NCBI GenBank assembly: GCA_963663275.1
Contig: OY760183.1
Span: 2,048,001-2,112,000 of the forward strand
Source: Chloroflexota bacterium
Lineage (GTDB): Bacteria > Chloroflexota > UBA11872 > VXOZ01
Direction: 5' to 3'
Length of the DNA: 64,000 bases
A program made the position numbers and the translations under genes. Positions 9,403-19,191 of the stretch are shown in pieces; positions within the stretch are counted from its first letter, which is position 1; every line of letters starts with the position of its first letter. Below the pieces are notes generated by a model. The model did no database searches and was not told the DNA's origin. It saw only the letters and a list, made by a program, of their open reading frames with translations.

Positions 9403-10626
9403 CTACAGGAACAAGCCAGGCGTCGGCTCGGTATCCGCGCTGGCCCAGACTTTGCGGACGCGGTGGTTGAAGGTGTCGGCAATGTAGAGATTGCCGGCGA
9501 TGTCCACCGCTACGCCGAGGGGATAGTGTAGGGCGGCTTGTCCCGCCGGCCAGCCGTCGCCGCTAAAGCCGAAGCGCTCGCTGCCGGCCACCGTCGTAAT
9601 GCCGCCCGCGGGCGTGACCTTGCGGATGCGGTGGTTGAACGTATCGGCAATGTAGAGGTTGCCCCGGCTATCGAGAGCGACACCGTAGGGGGCGCGCAGC
9701 GTGGCCTGGGTGGCGTCGCCGCGATCGCCGTTGAAGCCGGAACTGCCGGTGCCGGCGACCGTCCTGATGAGGCCGTCCGCGTCCACCAGGCGTATGCGCC
9801 TGTTCTCCCGGTCGACGACGTAGAGCTTTCCGTCAGCGGAGACGGCCACGCCGCGGGGGCTATTGAGGCGGGCGAGCGCCGCCGGGCCGCCGTCGCCGTT
9901 GAACCCGGCCGCGCCCGTGCCCGCTACGGTGGTGATTGTGCCGTCCGCCGCCAGTCTGCGCACGCGATGGTTGCCGGTGTCGGCGATGTAGAGCGCGCCG
10001 TCGGCGGCTACCGCGATGCCGGTGGGGTAAGCGAGCATTGCCGCCGCGCCGGGGCCGCCGTCACCGGCGAAACCGGGGTCGCCCGTGCCCGCCACCGTGG
10101 TAATGACGCCGGCGGCGGTCACCTTGCGGATGCGGTGATTGTAGGTGTCGGCCACGTAGAGCGCGCCCGCGGCATCCACGGCGACGCCGAGCGGCCTGCG
10201 CAGGCGGGCGTCGCGGGCCTGGCCGCCGTCCCCGTCAGCGCCGGCCTCGCCCGTGCCGGCGACCGTGGTGATGACGCCGTCCGGCGCGACGCGGCGAACG
10301 CGGTGGTTGAAGGCGTCCGCGACGTACACGTTGCCCGCGGTGTCGATGGCAAGGCTGGCCGGCGTGTTGAGCGTGGCCTCTAAAGCCGGCACGCCTTCGC
10401 CGCTGCCGCCGGCGATGCCGTTGCCGGCGATCGTGGTGATGATGCTGGAGCGGGTGACTTCCGATTCGTGTTGTGCCTGCGCCACCGGCTGTGCCTGCAC
10501 GGCAGCGACGGATTGCGGCCCGGGGAGAGCCAGAACGAGCAATGCCACCGCCGCGTAGAGCGGAGCAGTGAGCGCCCGCAAGAGCAGCGCGGCACGTTTC
10601 AATGGTCTTCGGGTTTGACGAAACAT
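9403..10626 (-). CDS. Secreted NHL-repeat beta-propeller protein
   Basis: Six repeats of ITTVAGTGxxGFxGDGGxAxxAxLxxPxGVAVDxxGNLYIADTxNHRIRKV; N-terminal hydrophobic signal. Confidence 0.9.
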   Translation of the reverse strand: MFRQTRRPLKRAALLLRALTAPLYAAVALLVLALPGPQSVAAVQAQPVAQAQHESEVTRSSIITTIAGNGIAGGSGEGVPALEATLNTPASLAIDTAGNVYVADAFNHRVRRVAPDGVITTVAGTGEAGADGDGGQARDARLRRPLGVAVDAAGALYVADTYNHRIRKVTAAGVITTVAGTGDPGFAGDGGPGAAAMLAYPTGIAVAADGALYIADTGNHRVRRLAADGTITTVAGTGAAGFNGDGGPAALARLNSPRGVAVSADGKLYVVDRENRRIRLVDADGLIRTVAGTGSSGFNGDRGDATQATLRAPYGVALDSRGNLYIADTFNHRIRKVTPAGGITTVAGSERFGFSGDGWPAGQAALHYPLGVAVDIAGNLYIADTFNHRVRKVWASADTEPTPGLFL

Positions 10627-10741
10627 GAGCGTTCGGCAAATACTGTGTTCAGAGCATTCAACTTCCAGCGCTCGCGTTTACCCATTATACGCCATGCTCG
10701 CGTATGAACGGGGACGCGAGGCGTATGCGGGATGGTGACCG

Positions 10742-13210
10742 TTGATAAGAGTGCGTTATGCCGCCGCCGTGGCGCTTGGCTGCCTGTGCTTGCTGCTGAC
10801 GGCGTGTGGAGAGGACGAGCCGGCCATCGACGCCGCCGTTGAAGCAACGGCCACCGTTCCCTCGCCGCGCGTCACCCAAACGGCTGCGCCCGCGGACGCG
10901 CCGCCCACGGCCGCGCCGCTCGCGCCCACGCCAACCGAGAAACCGGCGGGGTCGGCGGCCACACCCGACGTTGCCCCCACCGCCGCGCCCACGCCGGATC
11001 CGCTGCCTACGCAGGCGCCGTCACCAACGGCCCTGCCGCTGTCCACGCCGGCGCCGGCGGCTTCACCGGAGGCTGCTCCCGCGCCCGCGGCGACCCCGGT
11101 TCTCGCCAACGTGTCGGCGCTTCGTTTCACCGGAGTGCGCGTGCTGCTCAACGAGCCGAGCCAGGTGCAGGCGGTCTTCTCGCTCCGCGACCAAGAGGGC
11201 AACCCCGTGATTCTGCCGGCGGCGGAGTTGCAAGGCGCAACGCGCATCTACGAGCGCGGCGGCGACGCGGCGGCGTGGGAGGAAATCGACTACACGGAGA
11301 CCAACTTCTTCGTGCACTCCGCGGAGCGCTTCGCGTTGGAGGTCGTGTTCGTCCTGGACTTCACGCGCAGCATGACCACCTGGCGGCTGCCCGACGGGAC
11401 GGCCGGCAGCGCGCTCATGCGCCAGGCGTTGGCGCGCGCGCTGGAGCGCCTGCCGGAGGCCCATCGCGTTGGGGTCGCGGCCTTTCACGATCGCAGCGCG
11501 GAGCCGGTGATACTGGCTTTTCCCACCACGGACCGGGACCTGATACGCACTGCCGTGGCGCAGTTTGCCGAATCGGGTTTCGACTCCGGTTCCAGCCGCC
11601 TCTGGGACGCCGTGGCGCGTGGACTTGCAATGTTCCAAGCGGAGGAAGACGCCTCACTTGACATAAGCCGCGCCTTGGTCTTTCTCTCGGACGGGCGGGA
11701 CACCAGCAGCCTGCGCACCCGCGACGACGTGATCCAACTGGCGCAGGCTGGCGGCGTGCAACTCTACCCGCTCGGCCTGGGGGACGTTTACCAGGAGCCG
11801 GAATTGCGGTCTTTGGCGACGGCGACGAACGGCGCGTACTACGCGGTGGACGCATTGGCGCGGCTGGAAGCGCAGTTCAATGCGTTGGTGAACGACCTTG
11901 CCGGCCAGTATAAGCTCAGCTACACCACCCTCCGCCGCGGCGGAGAGTACGCGGTGCGCATCGAGACCACGTTGCAGGGGGTGACCGGCGTCTTTACCAG
12001 CGGTGCGCTGCCCGTCGGCGACGTGTACAGCCCGGATACGCAGGGGCGCATCGCGGTGGATCCGCCGACGCTTGACGTGGAAGAGCAGACCGCCGCCACG
12101 TTTGTGCGCGCACTCCACGTGCCGCGCAACATCCAGCACTTCCGCTTTACAGTGCCTCTGGACCGTCCCGTTGAAGTCTCACTGGTGCCGGCGCGCGCGG
12201 GCGGCCTGCTGGCAGGGTGGGAACTCTCCCCGCCGGATGAAGCGGGTTATTGGAGGGCCGAGGGGCCGGCGCCGCTGTCGTTTGGCAACTTCGGCTTGCT
12301 CTTCAAGGTAGTTGTGACCGGCGTGAGCGAGACGGACTTTGCCATTCCCATCGTCTTCGACAACAGCGGCTATGGCGGCAATAAGCAATTCGTCGTCGTC
12401 TCCGGCGGCGCCGAACGCCTGGCGCGGCTCGCCTTCGCCAGCCTGCGCGACGAGAATTGGGAACTCTACGCGGTGTACGCGGACGGCAGCGGCTTGACGC
12501 GCCTGACTAACGATCCGGCCAACGACGTGGCGCCCAACTGGTCGCCGGACGGACGCCGCATCGCGTTCGCCAGCAACCGCGCTGGCAACTTCGACATTTT
12601 CGTGATGAACGCCGACGGCGAGAAAGTTACGCAATTGACGGACGCTCCCGGCGACGACTTTGCGCCCCGCTGGTCGCCCGACGGCCGCCGGCTGGCGTTC
12701 TACAGCGAACGGGAAGGCAACGTGGACATCTACGTGATGAACGCCGACGGCAGCGGGCAAACGCGGCTCACGTTCGACCGGGGGCGCGAACTCACGCCCT
12801 CTTGGTCGCCCGACGGGGTGAAGATCGCCTTTACCAGTGACCGGGAACGGAACTTCGACATCTTCACGATAAACGCCGACGGCAGCGCGTTGACCCAGGT
12901 GACCAGCGACCGGGCGGCGGATACGGCGCCGGCTTGGTCGCCGGACGGGCGCAGACTGGCCTTCACGAGCAAGCGCTCCGGCAACTGGGAGGTCTACACG
13001 ATCAACGCCGACGGCAGCGGGCTGACCCAGGTGACGACGCACCCGGCCGACGACTTCGCTCCCGCGTGGTCGGCGGACGGCAGCCGCCTGGCATTCTACA
13101 GCATCAGGAATCTCAACTACGAGATCTACGTTATGAACCTGGCCGACGGTTCCCTCACGCGCCTGACCGAGCACCCGGCGCTGGACGCCGATCCGGCGTG
13201 GTCGCCGTAG
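10742..13210 (+). CDS. Lipoprotein with Pro/Ala linker, VWA domain and C-terminal TolB-like (PD40) repeats
   Basis: Lipobox LTAC; MIDAS-like VFVLDFTRSM and VFLSDGRD; repeated PxWSPDGRRIAFxSxRxGNxDIYVMNADG. Confidence 0.85.
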   Translation: MIRVRYAAAVALGCLCLLLTACGEDEPAIDAAVEATATVPSPRVTQTAAPADAPPTAAPLAPTPTEKPAGSAATPDVAPTAAPTPDPLPTQAPSPTALPLSTPAPAASPEAAPAPAATPVLANVSALRFTGVRVLLNEPSQVQAVFSLRDQEGNPVILPAAELQGATRIYERGGDAAAWEEIDYTETNFFVHSAERFALEVVFVLDFTRSMTTWRLPDGTAGSALMRQALARALERLPEAHRVGVAAFHDRSAEPVILAFPTTDRDLIRTAVAQFAESGFDSGSSRLWDAVARGLAMFQAEEDASLDISRALVFLSDGRDTSSLRTRDDVIQLAQAGGVQLYPLGLGDVYQEPELRSLATATNGAYYAVDALARLEAQFNALVNDLAGQYKLSYTTLRRGGEYAVRIETTLQGVTGVFTSGALPVGDVYSPDTQGRIAVDPPTLDVEEQTAATFVRALHVPRNIQHFRFTVPLDRPVEVSLVPARAGGLLAGWELSPPDEAGYWRAEGPAPLSFGNFGLLFKVVVTGVSETDFAIPIVFDNSGYGGNKQFVVVSGGAERLARLAFASLRDENWELYAVYADGSGLTRLTNDPANDVAPNWSPDGRRIAFASNRAGNFDIFVMNADGEKVTQLTDAPGDDFAPRWSPDGRRLAFYSEREGNVDIYVMNADGSGQTRLTFDRGRELTPSWSPDGVKIAFTSDRERNFDIFTINADGSALTQVTSDRAADTAPAWSPDGRRLAFTSKRSGNWEVYTINADGSGLTQVTTHPADDFAPAWSADGSRLAFYSIRNLNYEIYVMNLADGSLTRLTEHPALDADPAWSP

Positions 13211-13341
13211 CCAGGATAGACGGAGGAGGTTCATGGCAGGCCAACGAGACCCGAGTAAGGTTACACAAAGATAAAGAGTCTTACACGTTCCTCGCCGTGT
13301 AGATTGTTTCCACTACAGAAAGAGTGACGTGAGAGTCAAAT

Positions 13342-14100
13342 CTAGCCCTGGGCAAATCCAAGATACTCGGCTAGTTCTTTGTGCTCGATGACTATGTTGG
13401 TGTCTGTTACCCGGTTCAATTCCCTGGCTCCCCCAGGAAGCAACTTCCCGCTCCGTTCCTTGAATACGACGTTAGCAACCAGTTTTCCATAATCCTTGAT
13501 AAGCTCGATTGCCGGAACATAGTCTTGATCTCCTGAAACAATCACTGCCACGTCGTAAATGTCCTTGAGGGAGGCCATGTCACAGGCTAGCTTGACGTCT
13601 ACCGACTTTTCTTCACCTAATCTGCCTTCAAACAGGTTGTACCGGACAACACCCGACCGCCGAAACTCTATCGCATCATGTTGAGCAGCAATGCCGTCTT
13701 GCACCTTAATCTGCCCGTCGAACCGGCGCTGCACATTCGCTTGCTGCTCCTTCAAGAGTTGCACCATTGCTTGCATCTTGCTGTTCAACTCTTCGCTCTC
13801 GGTGATTTGATCTAACTCTGCTCTATAGCTGGGATGCTTTGACAATACAGTCCGCAATCTGCTCGGGTCTCTCGCAAGCTTATTCAGACTGTACGGCCAG
13901 AAGGAAACGGCCCGAACCACATACCAGTACGTCCTAACGCGCAGGCCGCCGTAGCGGGGAGCACAGGCAAGTCGCTCAAAGAACTGGGTCCATGCAGCTT
14001 GCCTTGGCAAGTAGTTTATCTCTCGGAACTCACTCTTGAATAGCCTAACAATCGAGTGGCGAAAGTTCTCACCATCTACAAATACACAGACTCGGTTCAT
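13342..14100 (-). CDS. NYN domain (LabA/DUF88, PIN-like) putative ribonuclease
   Basis: VFVDGEN, EEKSVDVKLACDM and VIVSGDQDYVPAI carry the acidic catalytic motifs; visibly more AT-rich than neighbours; start ATG 14100 or GTG 14112. Confidence 0.88.
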   Translation of the reverse strand: MNRVCVFVDGENFRHSIVRLFKSEFREINYLPRQAAWTQFFERLACAPRYGGLRVRTYWYVVRAVSFWPYSLNKLARDPSRLRTVLSKHPSYRAELDQITESEELNSKMQAMVQLLKEQQANVQRRFDGQIKVQDGIAAQHDAIEFRRSGVVRYNLFEGRLGEEKSVDVKLACDMASLKDIYDVAVIVSGDQDYVPAIELIKDYGKLVANVVFKERSGKLLPGGARELNRVTDTNIVIEHKELAEYLGFAQG

Positions 14101-14111
14101 CGCATTCACCA

Positions 14112-14241
14112 CATAGAAAGAAGCGGCGAACCCGCAGTTCGCCGCTTACATAGGCAGCGAACGTGTAGGTTCGCCGCGAAACACGGCGAACCCGCAGTCC
14201 GCCGCAAATGATTCAGCCTAGGAACACCTAGACGCTTCTAC
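14112..14241 (-). ncRNA. Putative structured leader RNA / antitoxin-like hairpin repeat array upstream of the NYN gene
   Basis: Three hairpins of consensus GCGGCGAAC-loop-GUUCGCCGC (14121-14147, 14154-14177, 14183-14205) plus a small hairpin 14218-14231; all deviations are G.U pairs on the minus strand; last stem followed by UUCUUUCU. Confidence 0.5.
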
Positions 14242-14247
14242 GTCCAC

Positions 14248-14276
14248 ATGTTACTTGAAGCCGGCTCATGAGTCAA
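14248..14276 (-). promoter_or_regulatory. Sigma70-type promoter for the leader and NYN gene
   Basis: Minus strand TTGACT-17 nt-TAACAT. Confidence 0.65.
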
Positions 14277-14553
14277 GGACTTGCTAGTCTCTTCGCAAGA
14301 CGTGGGACACTTCCATCTTCTTGGCTGGATGTTCAACAATGAGTTTGCTTCTTCTCACGCGCTGACAACTCTTGCGAAACTCTCCAGTTCGTTGAACTAA
14401 CGAGGCCACCGAGGAGACCTGACTGGCGGACTGAACTATCTCTCAGCCTTCGTTTCGTGATACCGTATACTGCGACTGCTTTGCATTACGGGGAACCTAT
14501 TCTTCCCCTTTACGATAGTTTGAGCACACGCGCGCACGAAAGAGGATGGACTC

Positions 14554-15717
14554 ATGCGTTTTGCGAATCGGATAGCCAAGTTGCCGCCGTACTTGTTCGC
14601 CGAGGTGGACCGGCGGATTGCGGCCAAGCGGAAAGAAGGGGTGGACGTGATCTCGCTGGGGATTGGCGATCCCGACTTGCCCACGCCGCAGCACGTGATC
14701 GACGCCCTGGCGGCGGCCGCGGCCAAACCCTACACCCACCAGTACCCGGAATACGAGGGACTGCCTGAGTTCCGCGAGGCGGTGGCGGCGTGGTACGGGC
14801 AGCGGTTCGGCGTAAAGCTGGACCCGGAGACCCAGGTGGTCTCGCTCATCGGCTCCAAAGAGGGCATCGCCCACTTTCCCGTGGCGGTGGTGGACCCCGG
14901 CGACGCGGTGCTGGCCACCGACCCGGGCTACCCGGTCTACCACACCGGCACGCTCTTCTCCGACGGCGAGACCTACTACGTGCCGCTGCGGGCCGAGAAC
15001 GATTTTTTGCCCGACCTTGGGGCGATTCCCAACGACGTGATAAGACGCGCCAAAATGCTCTGGATCTGCTATCCGAACAATCCCACGGCGGCGGTGGCGC
15101 CCCGCGCGTTCTTCGAGGAGTGCGTGGCGTTCGGCAAGCAACACGACCTCATCATTGCCCACGACGCGGCCTATACCGAGGTCTGCTTCGACGGCTACAA
15201 GCCCATGAGTTTCCTGGAAGTGGACGGCGCGATGGACGTGGGCATAGAGTTTCACTCGCTCTCCAAGACCTACAACATGACCGGCTGGCGCATCGGCATG
15301 GCCGTGGGCAATACCGACATCATCGAGGCGCTGGGCCGGGTTAAGACAAACATCGACTCCGGCATCTTCCGCGCGGTGCAGGAGGCCGGCGTGGTGGCGC
15401 TGAACGAGACGCCGCAGTCTTGGATCGACGAGCGCAACGCCATCTACCAGGAACGCCGCGACCTGATCCTGAACGCCCTGGCGGGCATGGGACTGAACGC
15501 GCAGACACCCAAGGCCAGCCTCTACGTGTGGTCGCCCACACCCAAGGGCATCTCGGCCATCGACTTCTCCGTGCGGCTGCTCGACGAGGCGGGAATCGTC
15601 ATCACCCCGGGCGTGGGCTTCGGCGACGCGGGCGAGGGCTACTTCCGCATCTCCCTGGCCTGTCCGACGGACCGCCTGCAAGAGGCGATGGAACGCTTGG
15701 CGGCGGTGAATGTCTGA
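14554..15717 (+). CDS. dapL: LL-diaminopimelate aminotransferase (class I/II PLP aminotransferase)
   Basis: LPPYLFAE, VISLGIGDPD, GSKEG, YPNNPT, HDAAY, SLSKTYNMTGWRIG; dapF is in the window. Confidence 0.75.
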   Translation: MRFANRIAKLPPYLFAEVDRRIAAKRKEGVDVISLGIGDPDLPTPQHVIDALAAAAAKPYTHQYPEYEGLPEFREAVAAWYGQRFGVKLDPETQVVSLIGSKEGIAHFPVAVVDPGDAVLATDPGYPVYHTGTLFSDGETYYVPLRAENDFLPDLGAIPNDVIRRAKMLWICYPNNPTAAVAPRAFFEECVAFGKQHDLIIAHDAAYTEVCFDGYKPMSFLEVDGAMDVGIEFHSLSKTYNMTGWRIGMAVGNTDIIEALGRVKTNIDSGIFRAVQEAGVVALNETPQSWIDERNAIYQERRDLILNALAGMGLNAQTPKASLYVWSPTPKGISAIDFSVRLLDEAGIVITPGVGFGDAGEGYFRISLACPTDRLQEAMERLAAVNV

Positions 15718-15758
15718 GTGAGCCGAGCCCGGTAGCTTGCTGTGCCTTGCGCCAAGAG

Positions 15759-15782
15759 GCGGGGGACAAGCCCCCGCGCTAC
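15759..15782. repeat. GTAG-type REP family A (GTAGCGCGGGGGCTTGTCCCCCGC)
   Basis: Copies at 15759, 17966, 27236, 36123, 44908 (interrupted), 45161, 45229, 51861, 51921, 52185; partial copies near 27470, 35990, 51801, 52148. Confidence 0.9.
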
Positions 15783-15842
15783 ACCTTAGCGGTCTTTGCG
15801 GGGAGCGGCGCGGGGAGGAATTCAGGCGCAAATTGCCAGACC

Positions 15843-15870
15843 GTAGGGGCACGACATGTCGTGCCCCTAC
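15843..15870. repeat. GTAG-type REP family B, perfect 28-bp palindrome GTAGGGGCACGACATGTCGTGCCCCTAC
   Basis: Identical copies at 15843-15870, 36070-36097 and 44992-45019. Confidence 0.92.
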
Positions 15871-15975
15871 CGCGAAGAGATCTTTTCATTCCCCTACGGC
15901 GAAGAGGTCTAGGTGGCTCGTTCTGGCAATCCGCCTGGTAGCGAAAACTGTTGGCTGTAGGCGCTTCATCTGGAT

Positions 15976-16875
15976 GTGAATGTGGCTGAAATGAGGGAAC
16001 AGCACGTTTCCCGCGCCGCTCGGTTGGCGGAGACTATAGCCGACGACTTCTATAGCTCCAGGCTTGACTTGTCGGCGAGAGGCATTGAGACAATCGATCC
16101 TTGGTCGCAAATGCCGGAAGTGGCGAGCGCGAAGAGGCTGCGCGCTTCAGGAGCCTCGGATCGGCGGTTGCGGTTGTACCTCACGTTCAATACAGCGATG
16201 GATCGTGCCCGGGATTCGAACCGCCTCTGGCGGAACGCTTTCGCAATGTTCAAAGCGCGCCCAAGCCTCTATGAGCCTGATGTCGTTTCGGACGTACCGC
16301 TCGACACACTGCGAGAAGTCCTCACTCACTTTCACGTTAGCCAGCGCCACGGGCCTGATTCAGAGGCATGGAGAGACATCGCCCAGAGCCTGGCCTCCAA
16401 TGAAGGCCCAGTGTATCGGGTAATCGAGGAAGGTGTGGGCGACGCCGACGAATTGCTCCGAGATCTACGTAGCCGGAGTGGGGGGCGAAATCGCTTCCCA
16501 TCACTCAGAGGGCCAAAGATTCGCCCACTATGGGTGCGCACTATGGCGAGCCCCGGCGGGGCTGCCATCAGTGGAATTGATAGCATTCCGGTCGCGGTTG
16601 ACGTTCACACAAGGCGCGTGACTGAAAACCTTGGGGTGACGGATACGCGTGAATTCAGCATGGAGAAAGCGAAACCTATCATCCACGCGGCGTGGCATGA
16701 GGCGGTTGCGGCGGCGAATTTCGGCGGGCCGCCGGGCATAGAAGGCACGTGCGCCGCGCTGGACCCGGCGCTGTGGTTCTTTGGAAAGTACGGTTGCAGT
16801 TTCTGCGAGGAGAAGGGAGAACTGCTGCCCATCAGCCGGGCGTGTGACGGCTGTACGCTATTCGATCGCCGCTAA
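15976..16875 (+). CDS. HhH-GPD-like DNA glycosylase family protein with C-terminal Cys cluster
   Basis: FPSLRGPKI (HhH-like), PVAVDVHTRRV (catalytic Asp motif), LDPALWFFG, CSFC...CDGC. Confidence 0.6.
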   Translation: MNVAEMREQHVSRAARLAETIADDFYSSRLDLSARGIETIDPWSQMPEVASAKRLRASGASDRRLRLYLTFNTAMDRARDSNRLWRNAFAMFKARPSLYEPDVVSDVPLDTLREVLTHFHVSQRHGPDSEAWRDIAQSLASNEGPVYRVIEEGVGDADELLRDLRSRSGGRNRFPSLRGPKIRPLWVRTMASPGGAAISGIDSIPVAVDVHTRRVTENLGVTDTREFSMEKAKPIIHAAWHEAVAAANFGGPPGIEGTCAALDPALWFFGKYGCSFCEEKGELLPISRACDGCTLFDRR

Positions 16876-16896
16876 TTGAAGCGTCTACGTCTGTAG

Positions 16897-17787
16897 CTAC
16901 TCTTCCAGCAGCCGCGCTTCGGTGAGAATGGCGCGCACCGCTTGATGCTGCTCCGGCGGCAGCGGCGCCAGTGGGAGGCGCGGTTCGCCGCCGTGGTAGC
17001 CGCGAAGGGTCATGGCCGCTTTGAGGCCGGCAACGCCGAAACGGGTCGTGACGGCGGCGTTGGGCGCCATGAGCCGGTACTGGAGCGCACGCGCCTCGTC
17101 CAGCGCTCCCTGATGGCAGCGTTCGAACAGCCGCACGCACTCGCGCGGCGCGAGATTCGCCAGCGCCGCCACGCCGCCGGCCGCGCCTACGCAGAGTGAA
17201 ACAAAGAGAAAACTCGCCGATCCCGCCAGCACCGCGAAGTCCGCATCCCGCGTCTGCCGGATGATTTCCGTAATCTGCACGATGTTCCCGGAGCTATCTT
17301 TCAGCCCCAGGATGCGCGGATGTTGCGCCAGGGGAACGGCCACGTCCGGGCCCAGATTGACGCCGGTATTGGCGGGCATGTTGTAGAGCAGCAGCGGCAG
17401 GTCTGCCTCATCCGCCAGTGCGGTATAGTAGGCGCGCAGCACGTCCGACGTGAGGGCTGACTTGTAGTAGGAGGGCGGCAGGACGAGCGCGGCCTGCGCG
17501 CCGCGCGCGGCGGCCTGCGCGATGAAGGCCAGCGCCTGCTTAGTCGATTCGTAACCCACGCCCACGATCACCTGCGCGCCGCCGAAGGCGTTGGCAACCA
17601 CCGTCTCCAGCGCCTGCAACTTCTCCGCTTCGGTCAGCGCGGGCAGTTCGCCGTTGGAGCCGAGCGCCACAAATCCGGTTAGGCCCGTGGGAGCGAGTTT
17701 GCGTACGTTTGCCGCGAGCAGGTCGAGCGCGAGTTCTTGGTTGACAAAGGGCGTTGCCAAAGGCGGATAGATGCCGGTCAGTTGCAT
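16897..17787 (-). CDS. Dihydrodipicolinate synthase family aldolase (HOGA-like)
   Basis: GIYPPLATPF, GSNGE (not the DapA GTTGE), LYNMP, GLKDSSG. Confidence 0.85.
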   Translation of the reverse strand: MQLTGIYPPLATPFVNQELALDLLAANVRKLAPTGLTGFVALGSNGELPALTEAEKLQALETVVANAFGGAQVIVGVGYESTKQALAFIAQAAARGAQAALVLPPSYYKSALTSDVLRAYYTALADEADLPLLLYNMPANTGVNLGPDVAVPLAQHPRILGLKDSSGNIVQITEIIRQTRDADFAVLAGSASFLFVSLCVGAAGGVAALANLAPRECVRLFERCHQGALDEARALQYRLMAPNAAVTTRFGVAGLKAAMTLRGYHGGEPRLPLAPLPPEQHQAVRAILTEARLLEE

Positions 17788-18153
17788 GGGAGTTCTCCTC
17801 AGCCTGAGTTCGTTCACGGGCCAGTATAGTCCGCAGCCGCCCGGTAGACAATGACTACGGTGAAGCCATTTTTACCTGGCGTAAAGTGTGCGCCGCATGC
17901 CCGGTAACGTAGGTTTCTAACCTGCGCATTGCCGCCGTGGCGCGGGCGCAGGTGGAAGAGCGGAGGCGGGGGACAAGCCCCCGCGCTACGGGTGTGCGGT
18001 AGGGTAGGTTTTCAACCTGCGCGTGACCGCGTGGGCGCAACTTTGTCTTTCATCTCCCAGCACGTACAATAGGCAGTGAATTCGCCGGCGCGTGCGGCGC
18101 CGGCGCATCTACCGTGTTTAGCCTTGCGCAATTCAAGAAGGGAGCGAGTTGCC

Positions 18154-19191
18154 GTGTCTGTGAGAATTGGGATTATTGGGGTTGGCGGACGGTCAATCCG
18201 CGAGATGCGGGACCTGGTGAAGATACCGGAAGCGGAAATCGCCGCGTTGTGCGACATCGACGAGCCGCGCTGCGCGGCGGCCGTGGAGACCATAAACGGC
18301 TCCCTGCCGGAAGGCGCGAGTCCCATACAGCCGGGTCTCTTCTCCGATCACCGGGCGATGTTGGACGCGGTGGAGTTGGACGCGGTCTACATCTCGCTGC
18401 CGACGTTCGCGCACGGCCAGCTTGACCACGACGTGATCGCGGCCGGCAAGGCGGTTCTCATTGAAAAACCGATTGCCATCGAGCTTTCGCTGGCGAAAGA
18501 GATCGCGGCGCATATTGCCGAAAAGGGGATTGTGAACTCCGTCGGCTACCAAATGCGGTACGCGCCTTCCGTGGGGCAGACGCGCGCACTGTTGGATGGC
18601 GTGCCCATCGGCATGGTGATCGCCGTGCGCTGGGGCGGCCTGCCGGGCACGCCATGGTGGAAGGTCCAGGAGCAGTCCGGCGGTATGCTCATCGAGCAAC
18701 ATACGCATGGCATCGACCTGGTGCGGTACTTCGTGGGCGAGCCGGACACCATCTACGCCGCGGGCGACACGGTGCTGCTGACGGACGAGCCGGGCCTGAC
18801 TATCTTCGACGTGAATGCGGCGACGGTGCGCTTCAAGAACCGCGCGGTGGGCATGATTGGCAACTCGCCCGCGGCCCACGCGGGCGTTCCGCCGAACGTC
18901 ACCAACGTGCTGCACATTCTCGCCAAAGACCTGACCGTGACGGCGGGGTTCGACAGCACGACGGTCTGGCGGCCCGGCCAGGAAACGGAAACCATTACGT
19001 CCGATCAGGATTCTAACTTGCTGCTGAACCAGGCGTTCGTCAACGCCGTCGCCAACAACACGCAGGAAGGTATTTTGTCTCCGTATTCCGATTCACTGCG
19101 GTCGTTCGCCTTCACGTACGCTGCCCAGAAATCTGCCGAACTGCGGCGTGAGGTGCAAATCACCGATGATCTTGAGGTGGTGCCCCAATGA
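18154..19191 (+). CDS. Gfo/Idh/MocA family oxidoreductase
   Basis: IGIIGVG, VLIEKP, VGYQMRY, SGGMLIEQHTHGID. Confidence 0.9.
   Translation: MSVRIGIIGVGGRSIREMRDLVKIPEAEIAALCDIDEPRCAAAVETINGSLPEGASPIQPGLFSDHRAMLDAVELDAVYISLPTFAHGQLDHDVIAAGKAVLIEKPIAIELSLAKEIAAHIAEKGIVNSVGYQMRYAPSVGQTRALLDGVPIGMVIAVRWGGLPGTPWWKVQEQSGGMLIEQHTHGIDLVRYFVGEPDTIYAAGDTVLLTDEPGLTIFDVNAATVRFKNRAVGMIGNSPAAHAGVPPNVTNVLHILAKDLTVTAGFDSTTVWRPGQETETITSDQDSNLLLNQAFVNAVANNTQEGILSPYSDSLRSFAFTYAAQKSAELRREVQITDDLEVVPQ

Noticed and set aside
13233-13274. 13-aa ORF (MAGQRDPSKVTQR) behind GGAGGAGG
   Set aside because: Too short, with no recognisable homology; cannot be supported
14121-14205. Hairpin repeats as a CRISPR array
   Set aside because: Only 5-6 nt separate the units, so there are no spacers
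16897-17787. dapA assignment, given dapF and dapL nearby
   Set aside because: GSNGE instead of GTTGE and HOGA-like motifs; left as a family-level call
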